Source of the DNA: Octopus sinensis
Lineage: Eukaryota
Assembly: GCF_006345805.1 (NCBI RefSeq)
Contig: NW_021834367.1
Location: forward strand, 1 to 49,246
Direction: 5' to 3'
DNA: 49,246 nucleotides
Positions within the stretch are counted from its first letter, which is position 1. Every line of letters begins with the position of its first letter. The position numbers were made by a program, and so were the translations under genes. The notes beneath the pieces were generated by a model that saw nothing but the letters and a program-made list of their open reading frames with translations, was not told where the DNA came from and did not search any database. Below are positions 12,496-25,831 of this stretch, one piece after another.

Positions 12496-12800
12496 GGCGT
12501 GGTGAGGCCGGCGGTTGTTGTAGTTGTAGTTGTGTGTCTGATAGTCGGCGTGGGGAGGGCGACGGGGGTTGTAGTTGTGTTTGTGATAAGCGTCGCGGTG
12601 ACGGCGGTGGTTGTTGAAGTTGCGTTTGTGATGCACGGCGTGTAAAGGACACAGTTGTTGTAGTTGGAGTTGTGTGTCTGATAAGCGGCGTGGAGAGGGC
12701 GACGGTGGTTGTAATTGTGTTTGTGATAGTCGGCGTGGAGAGGGCGACGGTGGTTGTAATTGTGTTTGCGATAGTCGGCGTGGTGGCTGTTGCTTTGGCT
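12496..12800 (-). repeat. GC-rich 45/51-nt tandem repeat reading SQTQLQPPSPSPRRL
   Basis: Unit starts at about 12496, 12547, 12592, 12637, 12687, 12732 and 12777 (spacings 51, 45, 45, 50, 45, 45). Confidence 0.9.
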
Positions 12801-13568
12801 GTACCGACGGTTGGAGGAGAACTACCGTTGTTGTTTTCCGATTTTGCGTAGGCGTTCGTACTCCCTTTGGTGGCGGTGTCGACGGTTTCAATTGAGTCGA
12901 AACCGACGAAGGTACACTTTTTAACGCCGCCGCTGCCTGCGAAAACAGTTGCGGTATCGCCGATGGTAACGATGATGATGATGATGATGCTGACGGTGAC
13001 GCCGCCGCCGCTGATGACTTGTGTTTTTGCGAATGATGAAAGCGAAGAAGCCGGCTTGGTTTCGGGCTCGGCTTGGGACTCGGGCGTGGGCTTCGGCCCC
13101 GCTTCCGTGGTGGTTGTCGAGGCGATAAGGACTGAACCGATGTGGAAAGCGATGAAGACAACGAGGAAAAATCGAGCGGAACGGCTGACGATAATCTCCG
13201 AGCTGTTGTTGTTAATGATGCCGACGCCGACGAGGCTGCTGATTTGGCTGCAACAGCAGCAGCAGCAGCAGCAGAAGCTGCTGCTGTTGTTGTTGTTGTA
13301 GTTGAAGTTGTTGTTGCTATAGTGGTGCTTGTGGGTAGCGGCGATGAGGGTGTGAGTGGTGGGGCCGGCGGAGGAGTTATTGTGACTGTGAGGGTTGTTG
13401 CTGCTTTTCGTTTTGGTGCCGGTATTTTTGCAGCTTGTTGATGCAGTTGTTGTTGCTGCTGCAGCTGCTATCGTTGCTTTTGTTGTTGCTGTTGTTGCAG
13501 CTGTGGTTGCTTTTGTTGTTGCTGCTGTTGCAGTTGTTGGTGTTGTTGTTTCAGGTGTTGTTGTTCGT

Positions 13569-13745
13569 GCAGTTGTTATTAATATTATTATTGCACTTGT
13601 TACAGTTGTTGTTGTAGTTGCAGGTGTTGTTGTTTGTGCAGTTGTTATTAATATTATTATTGCACTTGTTACAGTTGTTGTTGTAGTTGCAGGTGTTGTT
13701 GTTTGTGCAGTTGTTATTAATATTATTATTATTGCACTTGTTGCT
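13569..13745. repeat. Three copies of a ~60-nt unit (GCAGTTGTTATTAATATTATTATTGCACTTGTT...)
   Basis: Directly visible. Confidence 0.85.
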
Positions 13746-13836
13746 GCAGTTGTTGGTGTTGGTGTTGATGTTGTTGCTACTTTAGTTGCACTTGTTGCTG
13801 CAAGTTCTGCTGCTGTTGTTTTTGTTGTTGTTGTTT

Positions 13837-13868
<32 letters not shown>

Positions 13869-14052
13869 GTTGTTGCTGTTGTTGTTGTTATTGCAGAAGT
13901 GATGGTGGTGGTGGTAGCGATGACGGCGGCGATATTGTTGATGATGATGATAATGATGATAGAGGGGTTGATAACGATGACGACGACGATGATGAGGAAG
14001 GTGATCAAGATGATGATGGTGATGATGACGATGATGATGATGATGATGACAC

Positions 14053-14090
<38 letters not shown>

Positions 14091-14614
14091 CAAGAAAGGC
14101 GTGATGGTGGCACCGTTTGTTGTATTAAAGGGGGAGGATAGAGAGGTGTGCGACGAAAAAAGAGGCGGAGGGGGAGGTCGAAGAAAAGTAAGGAGGCGGT
14201 GGAGTTAGGAAAAAATAAAGGGGCTGCGGTGAGAGGGAAAATATAGAAAAGGTGATGCTGCCTGCGGCGGTGGTGGTGCTGCTGTTAGCGCTGACGATGA
14301 TGGTGATGATGATGATGACGACGATGATGATGATGATGATGACGTTTACGTTACAGATTATGAAGTGATGGTTATTGTGTTAATGATGGTGGTACTTTTT
14401 ACAGGTGTCACTCGTGTTGTTGTTGTTGTTGTTGTTGTTGTTGCTTGTGGTGACGATGGTGGCGTTGTTACAAAATTTGTTGTTGTAAATGTGGGTGGCG
14501 TGGGAGTTCGAAGGGCGATGCCTTTTTTTGTTATTGGTATTGTTGTTGTTGTTGTTGTTATTCTTGTTGTTGCTGTTAAGTGCTATCGATATTATATATA
14601 TATATATCACTATT

Positions 14615-14700
14615 GTCGTTTAACCCGAGGTCATCTCTGACTGCGCAAATAAACAGTTGAAAAGTATTCCCGTCGTGACCATCCCGTTATTTTGGAAAGT
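14615..14700 (+). mobile_element. Family C fragment
   Basis: GTTTAACCCGAGGTCA...CGTGACCATCCCGT. Confidence 0.5.
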
Positions 14701-16490
14701 GTTATTTCCAGCAGATCAGAGGACCAAGTCGACTGTTCTTAATAACGATACTGCTGTTATTATTATTATTGTTGTAATTGTTATTGTTTTACCACCACCG
14801 TCAGGTTAGTGCTGAGCAAGGCAGTATTCTTGTTATTTTTGTTGTTGTTGTCAGGTTATGAATGTCCTGTTATGCTATTGTTGTAGTGTTGTTGTTATTA
14901 TATATACAAATATATACACTTGTAGTATTGTAGTATTGATTATGGTGGTGGTGGTGGTGGTGTTGGTGTTACGGTGAGAAGGCGAATGGCACTGAAGGTA
15001 TTTTAGGCAGTGTTGGTACTAGTACTCTTGATCTTATTGTTTCGGCTATTGTTGTTGTTGTTTAAAAATTTAGTGTTGTCTTGTGGTTGTTGGTGGTGAA
15101 GTAGGTATTTTTTTGACCGTCGAAAATGTTAGAGGAAGTGTATTGTCATTTGTTGATGTTGTTATTGGTTGTTGTATGTAAGATAAGGTGGTGTTGTTGA
15201 TTGTGATGTTCAAAGTATATTGTTGTTGTTGGTGTTGTTGATAGAGGCGGTGGGGGTTGATGTTATATTCAGCGGTATAAAGAAGAGGGGGAGGTGAAGT
15301 AATGGTGGTGGTGGTGGTAGTACAAAGGTAGGAACGGTTTTTAAACCGCTGGTTGATTGGTCCGTTACTGCTGCTGCTGCTGTTGCTGTCGTTGCTGCTG
15401 CCGTTGTTGTTATTGCTTATTAGTCGCTGTTGTTGGTTGCTGCTGTCCCTACGACTGCTACAGGTGCTGACGGTGATATTGTCACACCTGTTGCTTACTG
15501 CAACTCTTAATAAAGTTGTTGTCGCGTTTATTGTCGCTGTTGTTGTTGTCGTTGTGATGTCACCCGCCGTTATTTCCTGCCAATTCTATGGTCGTGCAAG
15601 TTTCTCTTCTTCTTCTTTTTGTAGCAGTTGTTGTTGTGTTGTTGTCGTCACTGCTTGCAGCAACAGCAACAGCGGTAGCAGCAGTAGTGGTGGTGACAGA
15701 GGCACCGCCGTTTGTTGCTACTGTTATCGTAGAGGTTCTAGTTCTAGTTGTTGTTGTTGTTGTTGCTGTCACTGCTGTCACTGCTATCCCTGTTCCAACT
15801 ACATCTGATGTTACTTTGTGGTTGTTGTTGCTATTACTCCCGCCGTTACCGCTGCTGCTGCTGCTGCTGCTGCTGAGGGTGTCGTCAACACGCTTGTTTT
15901 TGTTGCGTTGTCCTCTTCTTCTTCTTCTTCCCTCTTCCCCTTCCTCTTCTTCTTTTTCCTTTTCTTCTACTACTACTACTGTATTTATCTTTGTTTTTGT
16001 TGTTGTTGTTGTTGCCTCACGCTTCGCTGCTGCTGCTGCTTTTGTGCTGCGTTGTCACTTGTCACTGCTATTCTATTATGTTACAGTTAACAATTGTTCT
16101 TGTTCTTACTGTTGTTGGTGCCACCCTCGCTGTCACCTCCTCTATTCTATGTCGTCAGTGATTATGATGATGATGATGATGATGACGATGGCGATAATAA
16201 CTATGTCGTTGGTGTTACAACTACAACCGCTGTCTTTTTGTTTGTGTTTTTTTTGCTATCGCTGTTGTTGTTGTTGTTGTTGTTGTTGTTGAAATAACTG
16301 TTTGTCGCTGTTGTTATTGTCACTGACGTTGGGCGCGCCGCTTTGGTCGCAATTGCCGTTATTATTGTTGTTGCTATGTAGGTATTATTGCTTATTATTG
16401 TTGTTGATGGTGTTGATATTGTTATTGCGGTGTTATTATTATCATTATAATTATTATTATTACTATTACTATTATTATTACTATTATTAC

Positions 16491-16521
<31 letters not shown>

Positions 16522-16952
16522 TTGTCCCCTCTATGTTTAGCCTCTTGTGGGTATTATTATTATTATCATTATTATTTGTAGTAGTAATAGTAGTAGTAGT
16601 AATAGTAGTATGTGTTGTTGTTATTGTTGTTGTTACACGGCGAACTCTTCTCTCCCCCGCAGCACAGAGCAACTCCTTTCTGTCGCGTCCACTTGACTTC
16701 CCACCCGACACTTCTTCCCAAACCACCACCACCGCCACCACCACAAACACCACTACCACTACCACTACCACCACCACCGCTACAAAAACAACAATCGCTA
16801 CCACCGCCACCACCACAACCACTCACTTCTCCTCCTCTCTCTTACCCTCTTCCTGCACCTCTCGTTTGTCTTTTACATATATCTTCCTCTACCCTCTCCT
16901 TCTTCCTTTGCAGCTGATTTTGCAGCTGCAACTGTTGTTGTTGCTGTTGTTG

Positions 16953-16984
<32 letters not shown>

Positions 16985-17665
16985 GGCGATGGTGGTGATG
17001 GTGGTGCTAGTGTTGTCGTTGTTGATGTTGTTCTCCAGTGTTAAGCGGATGACGATGATGAATGTGGATGTCGCTGCTTTTGGCGATGTCGATGGTGATG
17101 GATGCTGGCGACAAGATAATGCTGCTGTTGCTGTTGTTGTTGTTGGTGGTGGTGGTGATGATGATGATGATGATGATGATGATGACGCTGTCACAGTTGC
17201 TGCTGCTGGCGGTGGTGGTGGCGGTGAAGTTGATGACTTTGTTTAATAATGAAGCAATATTTACTGCTTCAGGTGATGCCGCTGATGCTGCTGCCGGGGA
17301 TGCTCGTGCTTGCTGCAAGCGCTGTTACTGCTACCGCTGCTGTTGATGATGATGTCGATGATGATGATGATGTTCTATGCTTCCTCTCCCTCTGCCCCTC
17401 ACCACGCTGCCCCCGCTGTGACACACTCTGAAGGCACTGTCCACCTTAATTCACCGGTCAGTTTGTTGTCAGCATTCACCACCACCGGTCTGTCTGTCTG
17501 TCTCTCTTTTTCTCTCTCCCTCTCTCTCCTTCTCTCTCTCTCTTTCTCTTTTACTTTTCTCGTTGTTATTATTATTGTTGTTTATGTCTTTGTTGTTGCT
17601 GTTGTTAATGTTTTCGTTGAAGATGTTATAATCTCTCTGATACAGTTGTAGTAACAAGTAGCAAC

Positions 17666-17705
<40 letters not shown>

Positions 17706-17938
17706 ATAGTAGTAGTAGTAGTAGTAGTAGTAGTAGAAGTGGTTGTTCGTAATTTAGTAGTTGTTGCTGCTGTGTTTTGTTGTTGTTGTTGTTCCTTTAA
17801 GTTTTATAAACGTAGTTGTTGTTGATATTTATGTTGTAGTTTTACGGTACTGATGTCTTTTAACAATTGTTTTTTATCAAGTAGTAGTAGTAGCAGCAGC
17901 AGCAGCAGTAGCAGTAGTAGCAGTAAAACTACTACTAC

Positions 17939-17975
<37 letters not shown>

Positions 17976-18154
17976 TATTTTTTTTAATATATCAATATTG
18001 TTGTTGTTGTTGTTGTTGCTGTAATTGAATAGGGATATTCTTCTTGATGTTGTTGGCGCTTTTTATATGGGTATTGTTATTATTATTATTATTATTATTA
18101 TTGTTGTATTTTTTTATGTCTTCGCTGTGGCTGTGGTCACCCTGTAGATATTCC

Positions 18155-18350
18155 TGTTGCTTAGCCCCAGGTCAGTCCCGATTTAGCAGGAAGTAGTGGT
18201 AGTTGTATCAGGTGTTCTAGCCGTGACAATCCCGTCTTTTAATTATTTTGTTTTGTTTCCTGTAAAAAGTCTGTCTGCATACGATATTTTTCGAAGGAAG
18301 TTTTTTTTTCCGCTGCTATTTCTAGGCAGTCAAGTGTCCACGAAGAGGGC
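18155..18350 (+). mobile_element. Family C copy
   Basis: CTTAGCCCCAGGTCAG...AGCCGTGACAATCCCGTCTTTT...GCTGCTATTTCTAGGCAG. Confidence 0.6.
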
Positions 18351-18683
18351 TTGATCGTGCCGTTGTTGTTGTTGATGATGCTGGTGATGATGATAATGAT
18401 GATATCCTGTTATACTTGTTGTTATTGTGTTTATATTTCAATTTCTGTTTGTTTTCCTTTTATAGCACTGTTGCTGGTACTTTTTGTTGTTGTTGTTGTT
18501 GTTGTGTCACCGATAACGATGTCTGTCCTGTTGTCGTTGTTCTTGTTCTCGTTGATGTCCCCCGTTGATGTAGATGTTGTTGTTGCTGTTGCCGCTAAAG
18601 TTGAAGTTTCGAATTTCTTTCATTTATTTTCTCGTTGCTCCTGTTGTTATTATTGTTCTTTCTGTCGATGTCGTTGTTGTTGC

Positions 18684-18716
<33 letters not shown>

Positions 18717-19104
18717 CGTCGTAGCTGTTTCTATTCGCCGTTGACGGACGTTACCTCACAGACAGCTGTAGACGTTATCTGCCAAAATCTTTGGAACCAT
18801 TATTATTATAAGACACATATGACAACTTTCCAAAAAAAAACAAAAAAAAAACGACGGTAACAAAGACTAAAAACGCAAATAGTAAAAAAAAAAAAAAGAA
18901 GAAAACTACGCTAGAAAGAAGAAGAAAACCAACAGAAAAAGAATATAGTGCGATGACGACGCTGATGATGCTAACGGTGATGATGATGATGATGACAGCG
19001 ACGATGACAATACTAAAAAGAACAAGAAACTCGATAAAAAACGATAAATAACGAAAATGACGATTATGACGATGATAATAATTACATCAACGAGTTTGAT
19101 GATT

Positions 19105-19135
<31 letters not shown>

Positions 19136-19779
19136 CGATGACGACCACGACGGCGAGAAGAATGACAATAATACTGAGGACGATGATGAGGTTGATGACA
19201 AAGATGATGGCAATAGCATGACCATTACAGTGGTGATAGTGATGATGACGACGATGGACGGACGGACGGACGGACGACCACAAGTGATGACAATAGTGAC
19301 GATGACGAAGGAAAAAAGAAATTAAAACGATGACGATGATTATTATTAATTATAGTGATTATTAATAACTGTGGAAAATGGTGGTGGTGGTGGTGGTGTC
19401 GGTGATGACGGTGCAAGTACGGTGCAGTGTCGAAGAGAGACACACACAGGTGAAAAAAAAAAAAAAAGAGAATTTAGACTACAACAGGTGCGCGTTTAAA
19501 CAGCGTGCGACTGAAATATTGTACTCACTGCACAATCCGATGCATTTCTCTAACTACTGCACACTTTCTGCAGCATGCGTGAGCACGCGCCTCTCTGTGT
19601 GTGTGCGTGCATATGTGTGTGAGTGCGTTTCGAACGCGCGTTGTTGAGTGACTGCTTGTGTGTTGGAAAATTGGGAGAATGTCTTTATGCGCTTGCTCAT
19701 ACGTACGTCCATGCGTGTATGTATTGTAGGATTGTGTATAACATTTTTCTTTATATGACAAACATACAAACACACACAT

Positions 19780-19898
19780 ATAGATAGATCGATATGTATG
19801 CATATATATACACACACATATATGTCTTTATATATGTGTATATTAGATATAGGTAATATATATACATATACATGCATATATATGTATATATAATATAT

Positions 19899-19936
<38 letters not shown>

Positions 19937-19953
19937 ATAATATATATATATAC

Positions 19954-20032
<79 letters not shown>

Positions 20033-20680
20033 TCATATATATACGTATATGTATATGTATGCACACAAACTTACACGTGTGTGTTTGTGTACGTGTGAGG
20101 GTATGATAGTAAGTATATACTTGTATGCTTGTATGTATGTATATTTCTTTAAATAAAGTTTGATTTGAAATGTGTGCGTATGTAAGTTCCTGTGATTGAT
20201 GTCGGGACTGGTAGAGTGTGTTTATACATACATACATACATACATATATACATACATACATACATACATACACATACATACATACATACATACATACATG
20301 CATACATACATACATACATACATACATACATACATACATACATACATACATACATACACATATATATATAACAGGAAGCTTTATGAAAATACACACATAT
20401 ACACACGGACACGCACACACATGCACATACAAACACATGGCTAACATTTATCAACGAAAATATATATATATAGATTTATCAACGAAAAGAAAAATGAAAA
20501 GAAAATTCAGGTCGAAATACTCTAATTTCACACCCAACCTGACCATATATGCAGGCATGTATATGTATATATAAACATACATGAATACATATATATATAC
20601 GTACATCTATATGTATATATATGTACATATACACACACACATATATATATATACATATCTATATATGTATGTATATATAT

Positions 20681-20753
<73 letters not shown>

Positions 20754-20803
20754 TATATACATATCTATATATGTATATATATATATATACATATATACAT
20801 ATC

Positions 20804-20834
<31 letters not shown>

Positions 20835-20853
20835 CATATCTATATATGTATAT

Positions 20854-20886
<33 letters not shown>

Positions 20887-21006
20887 TCCTAAAATATACA
20901 CATACACATATATATGTCTTTGCATGTTTCTAAATATATATGTGTATGCTTATGAGAATGCACATATGAGTGTGTGTTGTGTGTGTATATATATACATAT
21001 ATATAT

Positions 21007-21055
<49 letters not shown>

Positions 21056-21647
21056 TACTATTATATATATATGTATACATACAGACACAAACACACACAC
21101 ACATATGTATATATACACACACACATATATATGCTTGTGCCTCTGTGGGGGAGTGCGTTGACGGAAATCTCCGTGTGTGTGTGCGCGCGCGCGCTTAGCA
21201 GTGTGTAATTATATATGTGTGTTTTTATTATGAATGTGCGATTGAATGCGAACCTAATTGAAAATGTGCGTTGTTGTTGGTGTCGACGTCATTGTCGCTG
21301 TCGTCGTTGTCGTCGTGGCTGTTGTTTAACCCCAGGACAACCCGGATCAAGCACTCCTAAAGTCATAGGCGCTTCAGCCGTGATTACATCACTTTTAGTC
21401 CCCACGGGGCTGCGAAGCAACTAAAACGTTATCGAAAGTGTCCATTTGTTATCAGGATTAATGTGGAATTGACTGCTACTTCTAGAAAATCGAGTAAACA
21501 CTTAGAACCTAATTCGTTGGTTGTGTGATTGTCTGTGTGGTTCTATGTATTTTTGTAGGTCTAGCTGGCTGTATGTATGTTTCAGTTTTATATGCATGTA
21601 TGTATATATGTGTGTAACTATACTATATGGACGTATGTATGTATGAA

Positions 21648-21702
<55 letters not shown>

Positions 21703-21981
21703 TTATATTGTATTTATGTATATATATATATATATATATGTATGTATATATGTTATATATTATATATATATATATGTATGTATATATGCATATATATGTA
21801 TGTATTATACATACGTGACTTGTGTGTGTTAGTGTGCATGTACATATATGTATGTTTGCATATATAGGTATAAATTTACGCACACAACACAACACACACA
21901 CATACATATATGTTTATATATATACATATATATATAGATAGATAGATAGATATAGATATAGATAAAGATATAGATATATGA

Positions 21982-22048
<67 letters not shown>

Positions 22049-22723
22049 GATATAGATATATAGATATAGATATATACAGACATATTCATATGTATATGTC
22101 TGTGTGTGTAGGCCACTGATCAGCAAAAGTTTACACACACACTGGTAAGGACACACACACAAATGCCTACGCTTACACATAGTTAAAAATACAAGCCTCC
22201 TCCCACCCCCACATATATGCCTATGTATATTTTGTGTTTGGATGACTATATACAGGATGATCCATGAATCTCTATATATAGTTTTAAATAGATAAATTCA
22301 TGTACATATATACATATATATATTTTATTGATATACATGTGATACGTTTGTATATGTTTTATATATATATATATATTTATATATCATATCTGTTCTTCAC
22401 TCTCTTCCCCTCCTCTCTCTCTCTTACTGCGTATATACATGCATACATACACACATGCATAAATACATACATATGTACATACAGACACACCATATATATA
22501 TATTTATATATATATATATATGTATATGTCCTCACGCGTATGTAAATAAAATTAATGGCGTCTGTCTGTCCTTAATATGTGCTGACACTAACATGTATGC
22601 GTGTATATATGTGCTTGTCATAAAACACATCTGTGCGTGCTCGTGTATGCGCGTGTGTGTGTTGTTTCTTCGCCGTCTGTACGAGTTTGTACGCGTGCTT
22701 GTAGAGTGTATCTGGCCTGTTTC

Positions 22724-22767
<44 letters not shown>

Positions 22768-22971
22768 TTTGATGTCTACGCTTATTTGTCAACCGACACT
22801 AACTTTTTCCAAGATGTCAGCCACATCACGCGGTATACTATGTTTTCAGACAACTATGTCTGTGTATATGTATGTATGTTATGTATGAATGTATGCATGT
22901 ATGTACGTTTGTCCGTCTATGTAATATAAGCATACATGTATGTTCTAGTGTATGCATGTGTATATACATAT

Positions 22972-23005
<34 letters not shown>

Positions 23006-23045
23006 TATATATATATATATATAATTATATATATATATACTTACA

Positions 23046-23080
<35 letters not shown>

Positions 23081-23414
23081 TATATATATATAATATATAT
23101 ATCACACACACATATATATATATGTATTTATAAATTACGTAATAATATTAATTATTTGTAGGATTCATTTGAATCACCGCATTTTAATATTAAGAACATC
23201 CAGTGGGGTCTATAACTGCATATCCATATATATACCATACATAAACACCCTGTATACAGCCATGCGTATACGGACACATACGTACACTTACACGTACATA
23301 TACATGCACATACAAACAAACACATGCGAGTATATATATATATAATATATATATAATATATAGTAGGTGAATGAATTATCCTATGTTTATCGTCAGCATG
23401 GAAATTTTCATTTA

Positions 23415-23456
<42 letters not shown>

Positions 23457-23599
23457 TACACGCCAGCATTAAGTTTCACGATGCATGGGTATATAATTTC
23501 ATGAACATACCTATGTATATATGTATGTATGTATGCACAAATTTATGTATGTGTGCATGTATTATGTTTATGTATGTATGTATGTATGTATGGGTGCAT

Positions 23600-23642
<43 letters not shown>

Positions 23643-23701
23643 CACACCACACACACACACACACACATAGACACACACACACACACACACACACAACATG
23701 A

Positions 23702-23735
<34 letters not shown>
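19780..23735. repeat. Dense (TA)n, (TACA)n, (CA)n, (TAGA)n microsatellite field
   Basis: Directly visible. Confidence 0.95.
21320..21490 (+). mobile_element. Family C copy, diverged
   Basis: GTTTAACCCCAGGACA...CAGCCGTGA...TTGACTGCTACTTCTAG. Confidence 0.45.
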
Positions 23736-23740
<5 letters not shown>

Positions 23741-24040
23741 GAAAAACAGGTTGGTTCACGATCAAAATTTTAATCGTGATAATTTTGAAAGAAATAGAAA
23801 GGGAAAATTGAACCGGAAGTGTGAGTGGCGTGAAAAGGGAGGAGGAAAGTTAAGGCAAAAACATAAATATATAAATAAATAAATAAAACCATCATGCACG
23901 ACAGGGATGTCCAAGGGATACCTTGTCATCATAGGGAGTCTTGTATGTATGTATGTATGTATGGTTGTATATATGTATGTACGTACGTATGTATGTACGT
24001 ACGTATGTATGGGTAGTTTGATGGATGGATGGATGGACGT

Positions 24041-24247
24041 AAGGCGGCGATCTTGTAGGATCGTTAGCACGGCAGACAACATTTCTTCCTGCTCTTCATG
24101 TTCAGAGTTCAAATCTGCCGAGGTCGACTTTGCTTTGATCCTCTAAGAATCGACGACAGCAGTACCAGTCATGTGTTGGGAGCGATCTAAGCGACTTGAC
24201 TTCCCTCCTCTCAACTCTCGTCTTTGTACGAAAATTTGAAGCAATAT
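24041..24247 (+). mobile_element. SINE family B, older variant
   Basis: AAGGCGGCGA...CGTTAGCAC...GAGTTCAAATCTGCCGAGGTCGACTTTGC. Confidence 0.75.
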
Positions 24248-24299
24248 AATGCACACACACACACATACACACACACACACACACACATGTATATATATA

Positions 24300-24710
24300 C
24301 ATGTATACGACGGGTTTCCTTCAGTTTCCGTCTACCAAATCCACTCGAGGCTTTGGTCAGCCCGAGGCTATAGTAGAAGACGGCGAGCTGGCAGACACGT
24401 TGGCACACCGAGCGAAATGCGTAGCCATATTTCGTCTGCCGTTACGTTCTGTGTTCAAATTCCGCCGAGGTCGACTTTGCCTTTCATCCTTTCGGGGTCG
24501 ATAAATTAAGTACCAGTTTCGCACTGGGGTCGATGTAATCGACTTAATCCCTTTGTCTGTCCTTGTTTGTCCCCTCTATGTTTATCCCCTTGTGGGTAGT
24601 AAAGAAATATATAGTAGATGACACATGCCCAAGGTGCCACGCAGTGGGACTGAACCCGGAACCATGTGGCTGGTAAGCAAGCTACTTACCACACAGTCAC
24701 TCGTGCGCCT
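24300..24710 (-). mobile_element. Family A SINE interrupted by a family B SINE
   Basis: Family A reverse complement resumes after 24609 as GACACATGCCCAAGGTGCCACGCAGTGGG...GTGCGCCT. Confidence 0.9.
24378..24609 (+). mobile_element. Family B SINE nested in family A
   Basis: TSD TATAGTAGA at 24369-77 and 24610-18. Confidence 0.9.
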
Positions 24711-24942
24711 ACAACCCGCGCATTAATGTTTGTTTTTATGTTTTAGTTATAATAAAAACCAATTTTACTTTAATCCGATGGCTTACTTTTGTAGAGTACA
24801 AATTTATCATTCTTAAACAAGAAGGCTTTTAACTGTGACTGCGAAGTTTCGCCTAGCCAAACCACCGTTGGACTGCAGTGACTCTTACTCTTTTACTCGT
24901 TTCAGTCATTTGACTGTGGCCATGCTGGAGCATCGCCTTTAA

Positions 24943-25536
24943 GTTAAGTTAAGTTAGTTAAGTTAAGTTAATTTTTTGGCTCAAAAAGCAAAAAGCAAGG
25001 CCATGTAGGGGGACATGGAGTTATGTACAGGGTGGTGTCCATGTAAAGAGTTCAGGCCACTTGAGGTCAAGGGAGACTTTGAACAAAGCGGTCGTCGGCA
25101 TCTTCACCATCTCGTCTGGCAGCTTGTTCCATGGATCCGCAACCCGGACGGAGAAAGCCCCTCTCCTTCGATTGAGATGAAATCGTCACAGATAGAACTT
25201 TTCGGAATGACCCCGCAACCGACGCTCTGGAGCAGGAGTGAAGAACAGCTCTTTCAAGAGGTTACACTTTCCGCTTATGATGTTGTGAGCGAGAATGAGA
25301 TCACCACGGCGGCGGCGTTTTTCTAGAGAATAAAGGTCGAGCGTCTTCAGCCTTTCTTCATAGGACAAATGCTTGAGACCAAGAACCATGCGGGTAGCCA
25401 GCTTCTGGACTCTTCCGAGATGATGTATGTCTTTGAGGAGATAAGGAGAAGAGGCTTGAATTCCGTACTCCAATATGGGTCTCACCAGCGTGACATAGAG
25501 CGGTAGGAATATGGCTGCTGTGAGCATTCCAAATGA
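24943..25536 (-). mobile_element. 5'-truncated CR1-clade LINE (ORF2 C-terminus plus 3' UTR), inserted in a family A SINE
   Basis: LYVTLVRPILEYGIQASSPY...LSYEERLKTLDLYSLEKRRRRGDLI...RGHSEK...FSVRVADPWNKLP is typical of CR1 ORF2. TGA at 25186-88 (likely CGA>TGA), natural stop at 25021, (TTAAC)n tail. Family A sequence flanks both sides (24885-24942, 25537-25660). Confidence 0.9.
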
Positions 25537-25831
25537 ACCCAGGACTCATAAGCCTAGTATTTATTCTATCGGTCTCTTTTGCCGAACCGCAGTGGGACTG
25601 AACCCGGAACCATGTGGTTGGTAAGCAAGCTACTTACCACACAGTCACTCCTACGCCTAGTTAACAATATTCTTGTTTAATACACATTCACACACACACG
25701 CACACACATACATACACATACGTATCGGGAAATACCGCCAAATGTAACATGACTAAGATATGATGATTTAAGTGGACGGTCTGGTGTTCTTTTGAGGTCT
25801 TGAATACATATTTAAAATATATATCGTAACT

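Larger units (their letters stand above)
12302..19400. repeat. 7-kb trinucleotide low-complexity zone (GTT/GAT/GGT/GCT/ATT/TAG) upstream of the SCYL2-like ATG
   Basis: Directly visible; its many ORFs are homopolymer shadows. Confidence 0.9.

Noticed and set aside
12240-12895. Plus-strand Cys/Gly-rich ORFs (CDSRRGEGDGGC repeats)
   Set aside because: Antisense shadow of the 45-nt repeat, non-ATG or weak starts, no recognised family.
12023-14113. 696-aa ORF as a single protein
   Set aside because: GTG start, homopolymer content, no Met before 12301, and it runs through a canonical donor; only 12152-12301 is supported.
13468-17009. In-frame TAG codons in poly-Q/H frames (13468, 17007) as A-to-I amber-to-Trp recoding sites
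   Set aside because: The same frames carry several TAA/TAG nearby, best explained by neutral CAA/CAG decay.
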